A stretch of DNA of 63,778 nucleotides, filler included, from Reticulomyxa filosa (GCA_000512085.1; 19 parts of 19 records of this genome joined end to end with filler, not necessarily neighbours in it); one strand, 5' to 3'. Counted from the first letter of the whole stretch, positions 42,754 through 55,009 are shown. Notes: a model not told the origin generated them from the letters alone. Made by a program: numbers and translations.

Positions 42754-43798
42754 TTACACTTCTTTTTGATTTGAATTACAATAATAAAACATAAAATAGT
42801 TAACAGCATGTGTGATAGTGGATGAAAGAAAAAAATTGATAAAAATGAAAGAATTGTCATTTGAAGAACTTCTCCGCCAGAGTCATAATTGTTTGGAATT
42901 GAAACACTTTCAGAAAATGAGCAACGAGTATTTAAAAATGCAATTGGTTGATATGGAGGGTAATGTTGTTGGATCAGATGAAAGTGTGACAAAGGCATTT
43001 AAAAGAGATGAACCTTCATTTAAAGTACTTTGGATTCCATTACAGCAGCCTCTGATAATTGGAAAAACAAAGACAATAAAGAATGCATTAGTAGTAATGA
43101 TTGCAATCAGTGAATACGTTGACAACAAGAAATGGCCCAATCTCGAAAGTATCAAAGATACTGATATCAGTAATTTCAAAAGTGTATTTAAACAGGAATT
43201 GAATTACGAATTCATATGTAATGATAAACCCAAGATGAACAAAGAAGATGTTCATGAGTTTTTGACAGATTTAATGACATATCACAAACTTTACAAAAAT
43301 AAAAAACAATATGATGCATTGATAATGATAATATCGGGACATGGAAAGGTTGGTGACGTATTGGTAACAAGTGAGGGAGATACAATATCAATTGATGAAA
43401 TTCGAACATCTTTTGACTGCAGTCGAATGAAATCGTTTCAAGACTTTCCCAAAATCTTTATCATTGATGTTTGTCGTGGCAATAATACCCCTCAAACAGC
43501 AAGCAGTGTTGGAAAGAAAGGAGAAAATGGAGAAGAAAAAAATAATATACACAATGATAATGGATTCTTGACAATATGGTCAACAACAAAAGGATATCAA
43601 GTGAGTGATTTATCATTATTCAGTGAAAGCATGAAAAACGCAATTGTTTCAAAATACAAAATTGGGTATTCTTTAAATCAAATGTTAAAAGAAATTCGAG
43701 AAGATCTTAATAGAAAAGGTAGTGGTAAATGGTATTGTGTGCAAAGTGAAGACACTACTTATTACGAAATCTTTTTTCAACAAAGAAAATTTGTGTAA
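42556..43798 (+). CDS. Caspase-like protease (peptidase C14) with an N-terminal helical repeat and a PB1-like domain, 5'-partial; intron 42704-42799
   Basis: Motifs NALVVMIAISEY, IISGHG (His codon 43340), PKIFIIDVCRG (Cys codon 43472) and p10-like GFLTIWSTTKGY...SLF. Confidence 0.85.
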
Positions 43799-44769
43799 AA
43801 CTTTTGTTTTTTTCTTACAAGAAATAAGAAAATTGTTCATTTGTTTTGTTGTGATCCAAAAAAAGTTGAAACATATCTAAAAAGATAGTGATTTATAATA
43901 GTATGTGTTTTTTTCCATGAAACAAGCAAAATCAATATTGTAGTACAAGTCGCTCTGGCAACAGCGAAACTCAGAGAAATAGAGCCCCCTTTTTTTTCTA
44001 AAATCTTATTTACTTCTTTCAACCCTTTCACTCGTTTTTATTTTTTTTGAATTACTCAAAAGCTATCTTTTCTTATTACACTTTGTGCTAGAAAAACAAA
44101 ATTAGAAAAATTTTAAGCGCATATTTGTTACCATTACACAATTGTTAATTTTTTTGTGATGCCTAATTAAATGTTGAACAGCAGCAATTGAAATAAATGA
44201 AAAATATTACAAATAAATAAGAAATATAACTGTTCAATAATTTCTACATAGTGCAAAAAGATTAGTTTTAACTAAATACAGAACCTACAAAATAAATAAT
44301 AAAAATTTCTAAGTTGAGCAAAGTTCTGAGTTGCCCCTTTTTTTTTGTTGCTGTTGTTTGTCATTCTTTTGGTTTGTTTTTCTATTTATTTCTTTATTGA
44401 CTCTACAATAAAAAAACAAAGTTATGTTTATTTTTATTTGTTTTATCTTTGTGGCTTTGTTCCTTCAGACTTAAATCTAAGAACAACAAGCAAAAAAGAT
44501 TGATTGTTCTTTTAACAATATTTATTAAAAAGGCATTATTATCTTTGATTCAAGTTAGACCGGACCCTTTCGATATTGTTTGCTGCCGGATGTCTGCCAA
44601 AAACAGTTTTGTTTTCTCAATTTTTCTGACTCCGAAGAAACATTCTTTATTCTATGCGGACTCGTATTGTATAAAAAAATTTTTAAAGTTTTTTTTTATT
44701 AATAAAAAACAAATGAATCTCTTATTGTTTGGATAATGTGAAAATGTGCAAAGTCTCAACAAATGAAAT

Positions 44770-45085
44770 GGCGGCGTAGCTTAATACGAAAAGCAATCCG
44801 AATTTATTGTGACATGTTCACATTATGGTCAATCTATCTTTGTGAATTTCTTTGTAAATTTCTGTAGGTGGTGCAACCTCAAAAGTGCTGCTCGGTTGGC
44901 CAGTGTGTTGGGTTGCGTCTTGTGTATCTATACACTAAGTTGCGTTATCATGTGTATGCTTGCTTACACACTGGCACACGACTGTACTATATTACCGGTA
45001 GAAATATCAGCGATATGTGCTACCATGCAATATTACATCGCCCTTTAATGTAGCGTATGTTGGTTCGAGTCCTAAAGCTGACCCT
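44770..45085 (+). ncRNA. tRNA-like Pol III-type element with a ~250-nt structured insert, possibly degenerate
   Basis: 5' GGCGGCG-TA-GCTT-AATACGAA-AAGC (acceptor and D-arm spacing), 3' B-box GGTTCGAGTCC at 45062-45072 and a T-run at 45098-45104. Nested internal stems lie between them. Confidence 0.35.
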
Positions 45086-45849
45086 ATTTAAAAAAACTTT
45101 TTTTACATTGAATATATGTTTTGATATACTTTGTGGTGATTGTATTATTCTGTTCAACATTGGCTATTGGTTTGGTTGCAGTCATTGTCGACTTGAATCA
45201 TTTTCGGTTATAGATCTATTCACTTGTTGACTTACTAGTCTCATAAAGTGAATTAAATGCCATTTTTCACTTTAAAATTATATCAAATATTAGATACGTT
45301 CGATCATGCTGGTGATTGTTGCAATTGTTGTAGATTTGATAGATATTGTTGTGTAGCACTATATCGTTCTGTGGTTCGTTGCGCAATTTACTGCTATAAT
45401 TCTTTTTTTAGTTATTATTGTTTTTTGCTGATTATTGAACAGTACAACAAAAAAAGATATAATAAAAACACAAAATATGTGTTTAAGTTTGACTTGTCAG
45501 AAAGAGTTAGTTGTGACCAGCATATTGGACACTAGGATCAAAAATTGATTGGAATGCGTTACTGTTTTACTGACTATGCAGCCGAAGAAGATGCAAGCAA
45601 ACGAGCGCTACTGTTCATAATTTCATATCCAGGTCGCGTTGGCTGATAATCTTGGCTCATTGAATAAAACTGTGATGGACCTCCTCCAGTTCCATTGCTA
45701 AATACTTTATAGCGTCCTTCCGTAAATCATTGTCCCCATTTATTGGTCATTGCTTTTTCGGCATTCTTTAGTGTCTTCTTTTTTGAGTTTGAGTAAACCT
45801 AGCCTCACTTTAGATTTCATTTTTGCATTTACTATTGGATATGTGTAAT

Positions 45850-47276
45850 GGTAGTTGCTTTGTAACTGTGCAAATGAAATAGAGAAAAGAAGAAAGAGGA
45901 AATGTACAAAATGGTGGAAAGAAAGAGATAGAAAAGGCAAGACGGAAATCGTTTCAAAATTTGAACAATTATCAGCTAGTAATTTTGAAATGTGGTTGTT
46001 ACATCAAAGTAGATGGAATACGAATTAAACAATGAAAATATAACTGTAATTTGTACTTCAATTGAATTTTATATTACTATCATTGCATTGGCAACATTTT
46101 GCCTCTTTTTTTTAGTGTTAAAGCTTGCGTCTCTTTATTGCATAGAATTTTTTAAAAATGGTATTAAGTTGGAAACGCGTATCTTCTTTGTGTCCTTTTT
46201 AAATATATTTTAAAAAACATAGGAAAACAACAATCAAAGAGAACAAAAAGATAAAACAAAGATAATAAAAAAACTTAAGAGATGTCAAATGGAGAATTTG
46301 AGGTATGTCTATTGAATGAATGCAAATGGAAACATGAAACCACAAAAGATGATATCATTTCTATTCGTTAATGCTTATGATTTTGTTATAAGTAGTCAAG
46401 ATAGAAAAGAAGAAGTTAATTAATTATATGCAATTTTATTCCTACACTTGATCAGAATTACAATAGCAAAATGCAACAGTTGGAACCAGAAGGTTTCCAA
46501 AAAACTGACAATGAAAACTTAAAATTGCAATTGGTTGAAGCTGTCAATAAAGAATTTAAAAGTAAGAAATCTACTTTTAAATCATTTGAAATTCATTTCA
46601 ACCAGTAAAAACAATAAAAAATACATTGATGATAATGATTGCTATTAGTGGAAAAATTTTAAAAATGTAAAAGAAAAAGATGTTAAAAACATTAAACAAT
46701 TGTTTGAACAAGAGTTAAATTATGAATTTATGTGCAATCCATCTCCAAGGATGACAAAAAAAGATTTCCAAGATTTTATGAATCAAATAGCAATCGATTT
46801 CAACTTGCGCAAAAACACTAATCAATATGATGGATTAATTGTAATTATTTGTGGGCATGGAGAGAGTGGAAATACGTTGATAACAAGTGACGGAAAATAT
46901 GTACCAATTGACGAAATGCGTTCATCATTTAATTGTTCTGGAATGTGATCTTTCAAGGATTATCCAAAAATATTTATCGCTGGCAAAAATTACCCAAAAA
47001 CTCAAAAGAAATTAACCAGACGAAGTGACATCATTGAATGGACATAACGACAACTTTTTGACTATTTGGTCGACTACACCAGGAAATCAAGTTCCCGATC
47101 TCGCATTTTTGAGTGATTGCATGAAAGATGTCATTATATCCAAATACAAACCTGGGAATTCACTTGTGAAAATGTTGAATGATGTTGAGAAAAATCAATA
47201 TAAATGAAAAAGGTAGCATGTACCATATGCCATCATCGATGGTGGTATCATCCTTCAATAAAGACAAACTGTGTAA
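45850..47276 (+). pseudogene. Pseudogene paralog of the caspase-like gene
   Basis: FEQELNYEFMCN..ICGHGESG...SFNCSGM*SFKDYPKIFI, then a deletion of the DxCRG motif, then FLTIWSTTPGNQV. Multiple frameshifts. Confidence 0.85.
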
Positions 47277-47536
47277 AATTTCTTTTAAGTGACTAAGTGA
47301 ATTTTTGTGTTTTGCGTGAATCAATGTATTACTTTATATTGTTATGATCACAAAAATACTTCACACACGCATATCAACTAAAAAACCAAGAAAAATACAA
47401 AAAGCGAAAACTTCAATTTTGTATTTGCTGCTACCTACATCACTTACATTTTCTCATTATGTAAAAAGTTTCAGTACTAAAGAGAACCCAAAAATGAAGT
47501 AATTTGCCATTTAATCAAAAAAGAATCAAAATGATA

Positions 47537-48333
47537 CTATCCCCAAATACGAATTAGACCCTTGGATGAACCATAACACAAATTAATACTATAGCCACTG
47601 TCATTACCCCTTTTATTATTTTTTAATTGTAACAATTTAAGACAATTTATCCCTTTATCTTCTCGGTAATATCCTGTAATCATATGCAATTCTTTTTTAC
47701 TTGAACGAATATCCCAAAATCGAATTGTATTATCAAATGATCCAGAACATATTACATTTGAACTACCACCAACTTCAATATTATTTACTAAAAATGGTGA
47801 ATATTCAACAGCATATACATTACTTTTATGTCCATTGAACACTTGAATTTGTTTACCAGATCGAATATCCCACAAACGAACACTTTTATCGGATGATCCG
47901 GATAATATTGTATTCATACCATCAATCATTCCTGATTTATTGATCCATATTTTACGCTATTAACCCAACTTTCATGCCCTTTGAATACATTAAATTGTTT
48001 GGTTGTTTCAATATCCCATATACAAATGGTTTTGTCATATGATCCAGAACAAATGGTATATCCATTACCCCCAATCATGCCAATACTATTATTTTTATTA
48101 TTGTTGCTTTGCAATGGTGAAATATCCACACACCAAATAGAGTCTGTATGTCCTTTGAAAACGTGTAACGATTTGGATGTTTCAACATCCCATAAACGAA
48201 TTGTTTTGTCAAATGATCCAGAACATAAGTATCGACAGCCATTAAATGGTGATAATTCAATGCCACCAATCCAGCCAGTGTGTCCACTGAATAATTGCAA
48301 TTGTCGATTATCTTTAATATCCCAAAAACGAAT
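47537..48333 (-). pseudogene. WD40-repeat protein of the expanded family, 5'-partial, frameshifted near 47930
   Basis: Repeats of GH...CSGS.DKTIRLWD and the family C-terminus LCYGSSKGLIRIWG. The frameshift may be real or an error. Confidence 0.75.
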
Positions 48334-48489
48334 NNNNNNNNNNNNNNNNNNNNNNNNNNNNNNNNNNNNNNNNNNNNTTAATTAATTAANNNNNNNNNNN
48401 NNNNNNNNNNNNNNNNNNNNNNNNNNNNNNNNNAAAAAAGAGAGAAGGTATAAAATGATGGGTCTCAATTACTGTACGTGTTGTTCCTC

Positions 48490-50143
48490 TCATTGAAACA
48501 TACCTGCGCATGTGACTGTAGACAGGTCTTTTCTGGAATTATTCAAGCTGTTGTGTAAAGAAAGACAAACGTGGGAAGAGGGAAAAGAAGGAGAAATTGT
48601 CACGTATACGCAGTGGATTTGTAACTTGGATGCAGACGATGATCGAGTCGGGAACGAGTTTCGTTGCCTTGTATCTTCTGAGGCCAGTGCAAAGCCTTTT
48701 TTTACATTTGAAGTGGTCGAGTGTGTTTTTTGAACGTCCGGCGATGAGTAGTCATTTGTTTGTGCAGTTTTCATCCGACCGTTGGATTCACTGCCTCTGT
48801 GTGCGTGTGTGTAAGGGGAGTCCAGACCATTGGTGCCCTGTCTGGAGGTTTTATTGGAATCAAAAGAGACTGCAGTAGTGTCCAGAGTCCGCTTCGACCC
48901 GTGTGAGCTGGCAACTGTCGCATAAGTTGACATTTTTTCTTGTGTTGGAGGTTCGTGCTGGTTATATGCAGTTTGGTTATTTCCAGTGTTATCATTACCC
49001 GTTTTCGAATCGTTCATTTCATTTTGAATATACTTGTATCACAACAACAACAACAACAACAAAAGTAATGTATATACATATATACGTATACGTATACGTA
49101 TATATATGCATATATAAATAATTGGAGAAGATAACAAAACTTGGACAGATCCTTGGAAGGTGGCGGCAAGATAGTCTAATTGACTCGTTAAATTGGAAGA
49201 AAAGTGAAAAAAAGTGAGGTATTCACAAGTGGCTAAGGCATGTTCGAGTTCAGCATCAATGATGCAATATGTAAAGAAGGACAGCATGTCGTCGGTGGTG
49301 AGAGCAAGGTCTTCGCCACGAGCAGAAGAAGACCTTTTATTGCTGTTGTTGTTGTTATTATTATTATTATTATTGTTGTTGTTGTTGTTATTGTTGTGTT
49401 TTGCGTCCTTTCGAAAGTTTTGGCGATCGATGGTTTCCTGGACAATTTCGGCGGTGCGTTTCAAGCATCCCAACTTGCTAATCGGAGTATGGCAGTCGTC
49501 GATCGACGCTAATTGCTTACTCGCCAATGTAAAGTCGCATATGAATTGATCTTTGATTCCCACCGCCTTTTGTAAAGCATAATAATGAAGCCCGGGGGCA
49601 TTGATTTTCATCGTCGTTGCTGTTGCTGTCGCTGTCGCTGTCGTCGTCGTCAAAATCAATACTGATGTGGAGGCAAGTGGTCTGTTCGTTTCGCTTGTAT
49701 ATTTTTGTTTGATAGTAGTCGCTTTGCGTTTCAATAACTCATCTTCTTTTTTCATTTGCATCGACAATTGCGTAAATACATTATCATAAATGGTTTCGTT
49801 CAACACGCAGTCGAATGCCATTGACAACTCTTCTTTTTGCAACACTGTCAGCTTGCTTCGGTATTTCACGTTTTCCCAAATCAGCTCTTGCAACGCCTTG
49901 TCTCGGTACTCTTTGATTTTTTTACTGGTCCACGACGTATACCCTTTCAACATCACATACGATTTTGCAAATGTCTTTGTAAAGTTCTCGATCGACTCCC
50001 GCAGCGTCTTGTAACTCGTGCTATCCAGCAATGTCTTCAGCACTTCTTTCCACTCTTCGACACTTCGAAATTCTATTGAACGTTGCGGTTGGAGCCCTTT
50101 TTGGTTTTTTCATCCCCAGACTTTCTGTAATGGTTCATTTCCA
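48490..50143 (-). CDS. VPS9-domain Rab5 GEF, 5'-partial; intron 49033-49140
   Basis: LASIDDCHTPISKLGCLKRT, LTTDDMLSFFTYCII and LDYLAATFQGSVQ|YI match the VPS9 helices. Confidence 0.82.
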
Positions 50144-50306
50144 CAAATTAAAAAAAAAAAAAAAAAAAAGGGNNNNNNNNNNNNNNNNNNNNNNNNNNNN
50201 NNNNNNNNNNNNNNNNTTAATTAATTAANNNNNNNNNNNNNNNNNNNNNNNNNNNNNNNNNNNNNNNNNNNNGGGGGGGAAAAGGAATAGATAAATAAAT
50301 AAAAAC

Positions 50307-50551
50307 CTTTCATAGGAGCAAATGGCAACTGTAACGGTTGGTTTTCTATTTGTACTGTTTAAATAAACAGTGGTGACATCATCACCGGAGTGCGTTTTCA
50401 ACAAAAGCCATTCCAGCCACACGTGCCAAAAGCATAAAAAAACTACTGTTAGAAAATATAGTATCAAAGCACAACCGAAGATTATTATGCACCCACGTCC
50501 AAATTTGAAGGTTGCAACCTCATTTTTCCTTTCTTTTGATTGTACCATCAT
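50307..50551 (-). CDS. First exon of a type II membrane glycosyltransferase (GT2-like), 3'-partial
   Basis: Short cytosolic tail and TM helix, then PTVTVAICSYER (GT-A first strand), followed by a GT donor. Confidence 0.5.
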
Positions 50552-50799
50552 GATATTTTTGTATTCCCCCGCTCTTCTGTAGTTTTTTTTACTGTACACT
50601 ATTCGTTATAGAATATGATATACTTGCGTTAGTAAAATGTTCTAAGTTATTTTAAAGAGAAAGTGACACTATTGCTTACTTAGAAAAAAAATTGAATTAT
50701 TGCTATTAATCCTGGAAAATAATTGCAATTGTCAAATTTTCAAAGACTTAAGTCAAGACACAAAGCTTGTTTAACAGTGTTTTCCCCTTTATTGTTACA

Positions 50800-51715
50800 A
50801 TGATGAACGGAATGACACAACTGACGTCAGGTCACGTGCTATTTCTTCATCCTGGTGGAGTTGGTGTAGTGAAAGCATGTCCAATGTTTGCAAGCACCTT
50901 CTTTCAAGCGGTAACAACGACAGAACGGACCCAAAAGAACTCTTTACAGTCTTTGAAAGGAGCGAACACGAAGACAACGAATTATATATAATGGAAGCTT
51001 TAGAAAAGGCGCAAGCAACAAATTATTTCTTTTGACGCAGTACTAGCAGGTGGTTTCGGATCAACTTTTTGGATATCGCATACGTCGAAGATAAAAAAAA
51101 AAAATGGAGTATGACCACACGCAACAAAAAATTCAACAGACAAAAAAGGGGTCTCCTCCACCAAAAAAATCAAATATTGCAAATACCAGCAATCAAATAA
51201 TGGAATTCTCGGATGCGCGCCATAAACACACAAAAGTGCATCATCATGTTCCAAACAAATCAACTTTTTCTTGGTATATTTTTTTTCATCAAAGGGTCTT
51301 TGAGAATATTCTCTCAAACAGCACGCCACAAATGATTATCCTCTATCAGCAACGCAGTGACCATATCACGCAATCCAACAACTGTGTTGCACAAGTCATC
51401 TATGCACAAAGTATTTTTTCCTTCAAGTATGTTCAAGTGTCTTATATCAAACAGCAAAAAAAGTGGAAGTATATTGTGAAGAAATAAATATACATATAAA
51501 CATAAAAAAATATATATATATGTATGTAAATATATTTATAGGATGACGGAAGGAGTCGAACCTTCTTCACCGCGGTGAATCACGTGGATTGTTGCACGTC
51601 TCCCAATGCATGGCCCCAGCTAACGTCTCTATTAGAGCAAACCATGCACCAAGAGGCGTGTGGCCACATTGAGGGCAGGGTATATTGTAACCGTGCGTGG
51701 AAACTACAACACCCT
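50800..51715 (+). CDS. Hypothetical protein, multi-exon, 3'-partial
   Basis: Coding-like blocks separated by an AT-rich GT..AG intron (~51438-51541). No recognised domain. Confidence 0.3.
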
Positions 51716-51848
51716 NNNNNNNNNNNNNNNNNNNNNNNNNNNNNNNNNNNNNNNNNNNNTTAATTAATTAANNNNNNNNNNNNNNNNNNNNNNNNNNNNN
51801 NNNNNNNNNNNNNNNTTTTTTTTTTTTTTTAATCATGTATATATTCAC

Positions 51849-52067
51849 CAATTGGAATTTCTTTTGATAGGTACAGAGATCAGTTACAATTCCTTCATCG
51901 CTGTTGCTCCGTCTGGAACTCAGAGATATGCCACCATAATACAATGAATTTGCCATATCTGGCTCATTTGATGTAAACGCTCCTGAGTGCAGTCTCCTTG
52001 ACTGATGTCGTAATGGAGACAATGTGGGTAAATTCATCAGTGGAGCGCTAAAACTTTTGTTTTGCAT
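51849..52067 (-). CDS. First exon of a hypothetical protein, divergent from MePCE
   Basis: ATG-initiated Ser-rich ORF ending at a GT donor before the contig-end A-run. Confidence 0.4.
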
Positions 52068-52470
52068 TTTCCTTTATTTTAATTTTTGTTTTTTTCTCCA
52101 AGCAAAAGTAAAATAATGTGAGAATATAAAAAATGTTCGAAAAACCAAGCTAGTACCAAAAAAAAACGGATTCCCCTTTGGTTATCTTTCTCAACACTTC
52201 AAAAGATTGTAATAATCCAAATTCATTTGTTTAATCCAAAGCTTCGTCACTTTGTTTGTTACATCCAAAGAATTGATGTCAAAGTGTTGTCTCTTTTCTG
52301 TAAAACTGTGAATATGTAGGGATTGCGAAAGTTAATTCATTTGTCCAAATCTGTATTGCCTTGCTTTTTACTTTTCCACATCAAGTTGTTCCACATAAAA
52401 GAGAACAACGAACCAAAAGGCAGGTGAGTTTTTTTTCCCAGTGAATAAAGGTTTGAATAGTCTCATAACG

Positions 52471-53679
52471 ATGAAGCGCTCATTTTCAAACATGAATAAT
52501 TCAGATATCAAGGACAAAACTGATTTGCCAACTCCAGCCGAACATAAGGGTCGCAAGCAGCGGAAGAAATATAGATATGGAAACTACCCAGGGTACACTC
52601 TGCAAAAAAAAAAAAGGAGAGAAATGCGAAGTGATAAAAAAATTTACAAAAAAAAAAAAGTTATTACAATTGTCGAACACAAGACAATCGATTGGAGTAT
52701 CTGTCGAAAGAGTATTTTCACCGAAAGTGTGTTGCAGACATAGGTTGCAATACGGGATCACTTACCCTCGGCATAGGTAATTACGTATGCTATCTGTTGT
52801 TCAAATCAACTCAAACACAAACACATGTACATATATGTACATGTTTATGTATGTATATAAATGTATGTAAAGCCAAGCAGTTCCAACCATTGCGAATAAT
52901 CGGTTACGATATTGACAAAAATTTGATTGAAGCATCATTGACGCAGTAAATTTTAAAAAGTTTTTTTTTTTTTTTTTTTTTAACCATAACAAACATTTTT
53001 TTGAAAATAATTTTTTTTTTTTTTTTGGCACATTTTTCTTTTTTTAAATTTTTTTTTAAAAAGTCACGCGAAGCTGATGAAAGAAGTGGAAATGAAAGAC
53101 GTGGAAGTGCAGTTTGAACATAGGGACATGTCGACACGATGGGAGACGGAGATAGGTCACGAATGCGTTGATACGGTGCTGTGCATGTCCGTGACGAAGT
53201 GGGTCCATTTGAATTACGGAGACGACGGGATCAAGAACTTGTTCGCCAACATCTCCCACATGCTCAAGTCGCAAGGCGTACTGATTTTGGAATGCCAGCC
53301 AATGTCGAGTTACAAGCACAAAAAGTCGGTGTTCGCGTCGTTCAAACAGACCTATGCTAGCATTGCTTTGTTCCCTCACTTGTTCCATACGCACTTGTGC
53401 GAACTGCTCAAGTTCAAATTACTCGATGTCATCTTCGTTGCCGATCACCCGAAGACAACACATTTCAATTGCGACAAACACAATAGCAATAACAATGGCA
53501 ATGATAATGATAATAAAAATGAAAATGAAAATGACAAGGACAAGGATAAAGATAAGGATAAAGATAAAGATAAGTCGATCATTTTGTCTCAAAAACTTGA
53601 GCAAGCTTTGGAAGTGCTTCGAATAAAAAAGACAAATGTTGGCTATAATCGACCGATTTTTATTTACTCGAAACAATAA
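52471..53679 (+). CDS. MEPCE: MePCE/Bin3 RNA 5'-methylphosphate capping methyltransferase; introns 52593-52660, 52777-52872 and 52946-53063
   Basis: YRYGNYPGYY, DIGCNTG, IIGYDID..LI, VLCMSVTKWVHLNYGDDGI, LILECQP..SY and GYNRPIFIY. Confidence 0.9.
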
Positions 53680-55009
53680 ATAATTTTTTATTTTTTTTTG
53701 TTATCGTTGTCCCCTTTTCATTCGATCATCATAAGGGAGGACATAAATTATTAAAAAGCAATGTATTCAATACAGAATTGAGTTTCTACTTTAGACCCGA
53801 TAGCTTGTGTGGAATTATTCCCAGCTGCTCTGACTTGTTGTCCAGGATGCTTATCCACTCTTGCTCATATTTGCTTTTTTTTTTCCTTCAAGTCAGGCGC
53901 AGGTTGTTTCGTATAACATACAAGTTTATTCAAAGGATCGCACCAATGGCGCTTTTAGTCCCTCAAAGTGAGCCAAGTTGATATATTTTTTTACACGTTG
54001 GAAGTTTGCGAAACAAAAAACCAAAACAAAACAAAAAAAAAAAAAAGGAAAAAAAAGAATACAAAATAAAAAAAACAAAAGAAAAACAAAGCAAAGCAAA
54101 GCAAGTCAACACAAAATCAAACCAAATCAAAAAAATAAAAATGATAGAGGGGCGTCATTAATGTCCTAAACTTATTGTCCCTCCTTCTCCCTCTTATGTG
54201 GGGAGAGGGATATATTTCTCGAAGTTGTGAAGTAGCAGAAAAATTGTTAAAAGTGGTCCAAACGAGGACAGTTTCCATAGACAACAAACAAAAAACGTCT
54301 TCAAAAATAATCGCCAACTTCAAGTTTTTTCAACAGAAAAAAACAAAAACATGGAGGAGAAAAACAAAAAAATACACAAACTTGAACCAACAAAATTGTT
54401 TTAACAAAACAAGAAAAATGATTTTTTTTTTTTTTTTTTTTTGTTCNNNNNNNNNNNNNNNNNNNNNNNNNNNNNNNNNNNNNNNNNNNNTTAATTAATT
54501 AANNNNNNNNNNNNNNNNNNNNNNNNNNNNNNNNNNNNNNNNNNNNAGTTTATTTTATGTGTTCATCATTAGTTTAATACAGAAAAAGTTTTATTTTTTT
54601 CTATCTAAAATTCCTTTCACTTAAACAAACCAAATGCACATACACTAAAAAAAAAAGGCATAATCTCCACAAAAAAAAAAAGAAGAAGGTGGCTATGATA
54701 AGTATTTTAATGATTTCCAAATAAATAAATAAAAAATGTTCAAGCAGCTGAGCGTGCAAAAATGCCCACTTATCCATTCCACCATCTTTCTTATCAAATT
54801 TATATCTATATGTGTTGATGCATTGTGTGTATACTCAATCGTTTTACATTTTATTTCTTTTTTTTTTTTTGATTGGGTGAGAAAAGATTATCTTAAAAAA
54901 AAAGATTGGATGCTTTTGGTTTGTAGACAAAGTAAAACAAGATGAGAAACCCCTCCAAAAAAAGATACCTTTGCAACTCTAAGTGCTTGTAAATACGCCT
55001 TGCTGTCTC

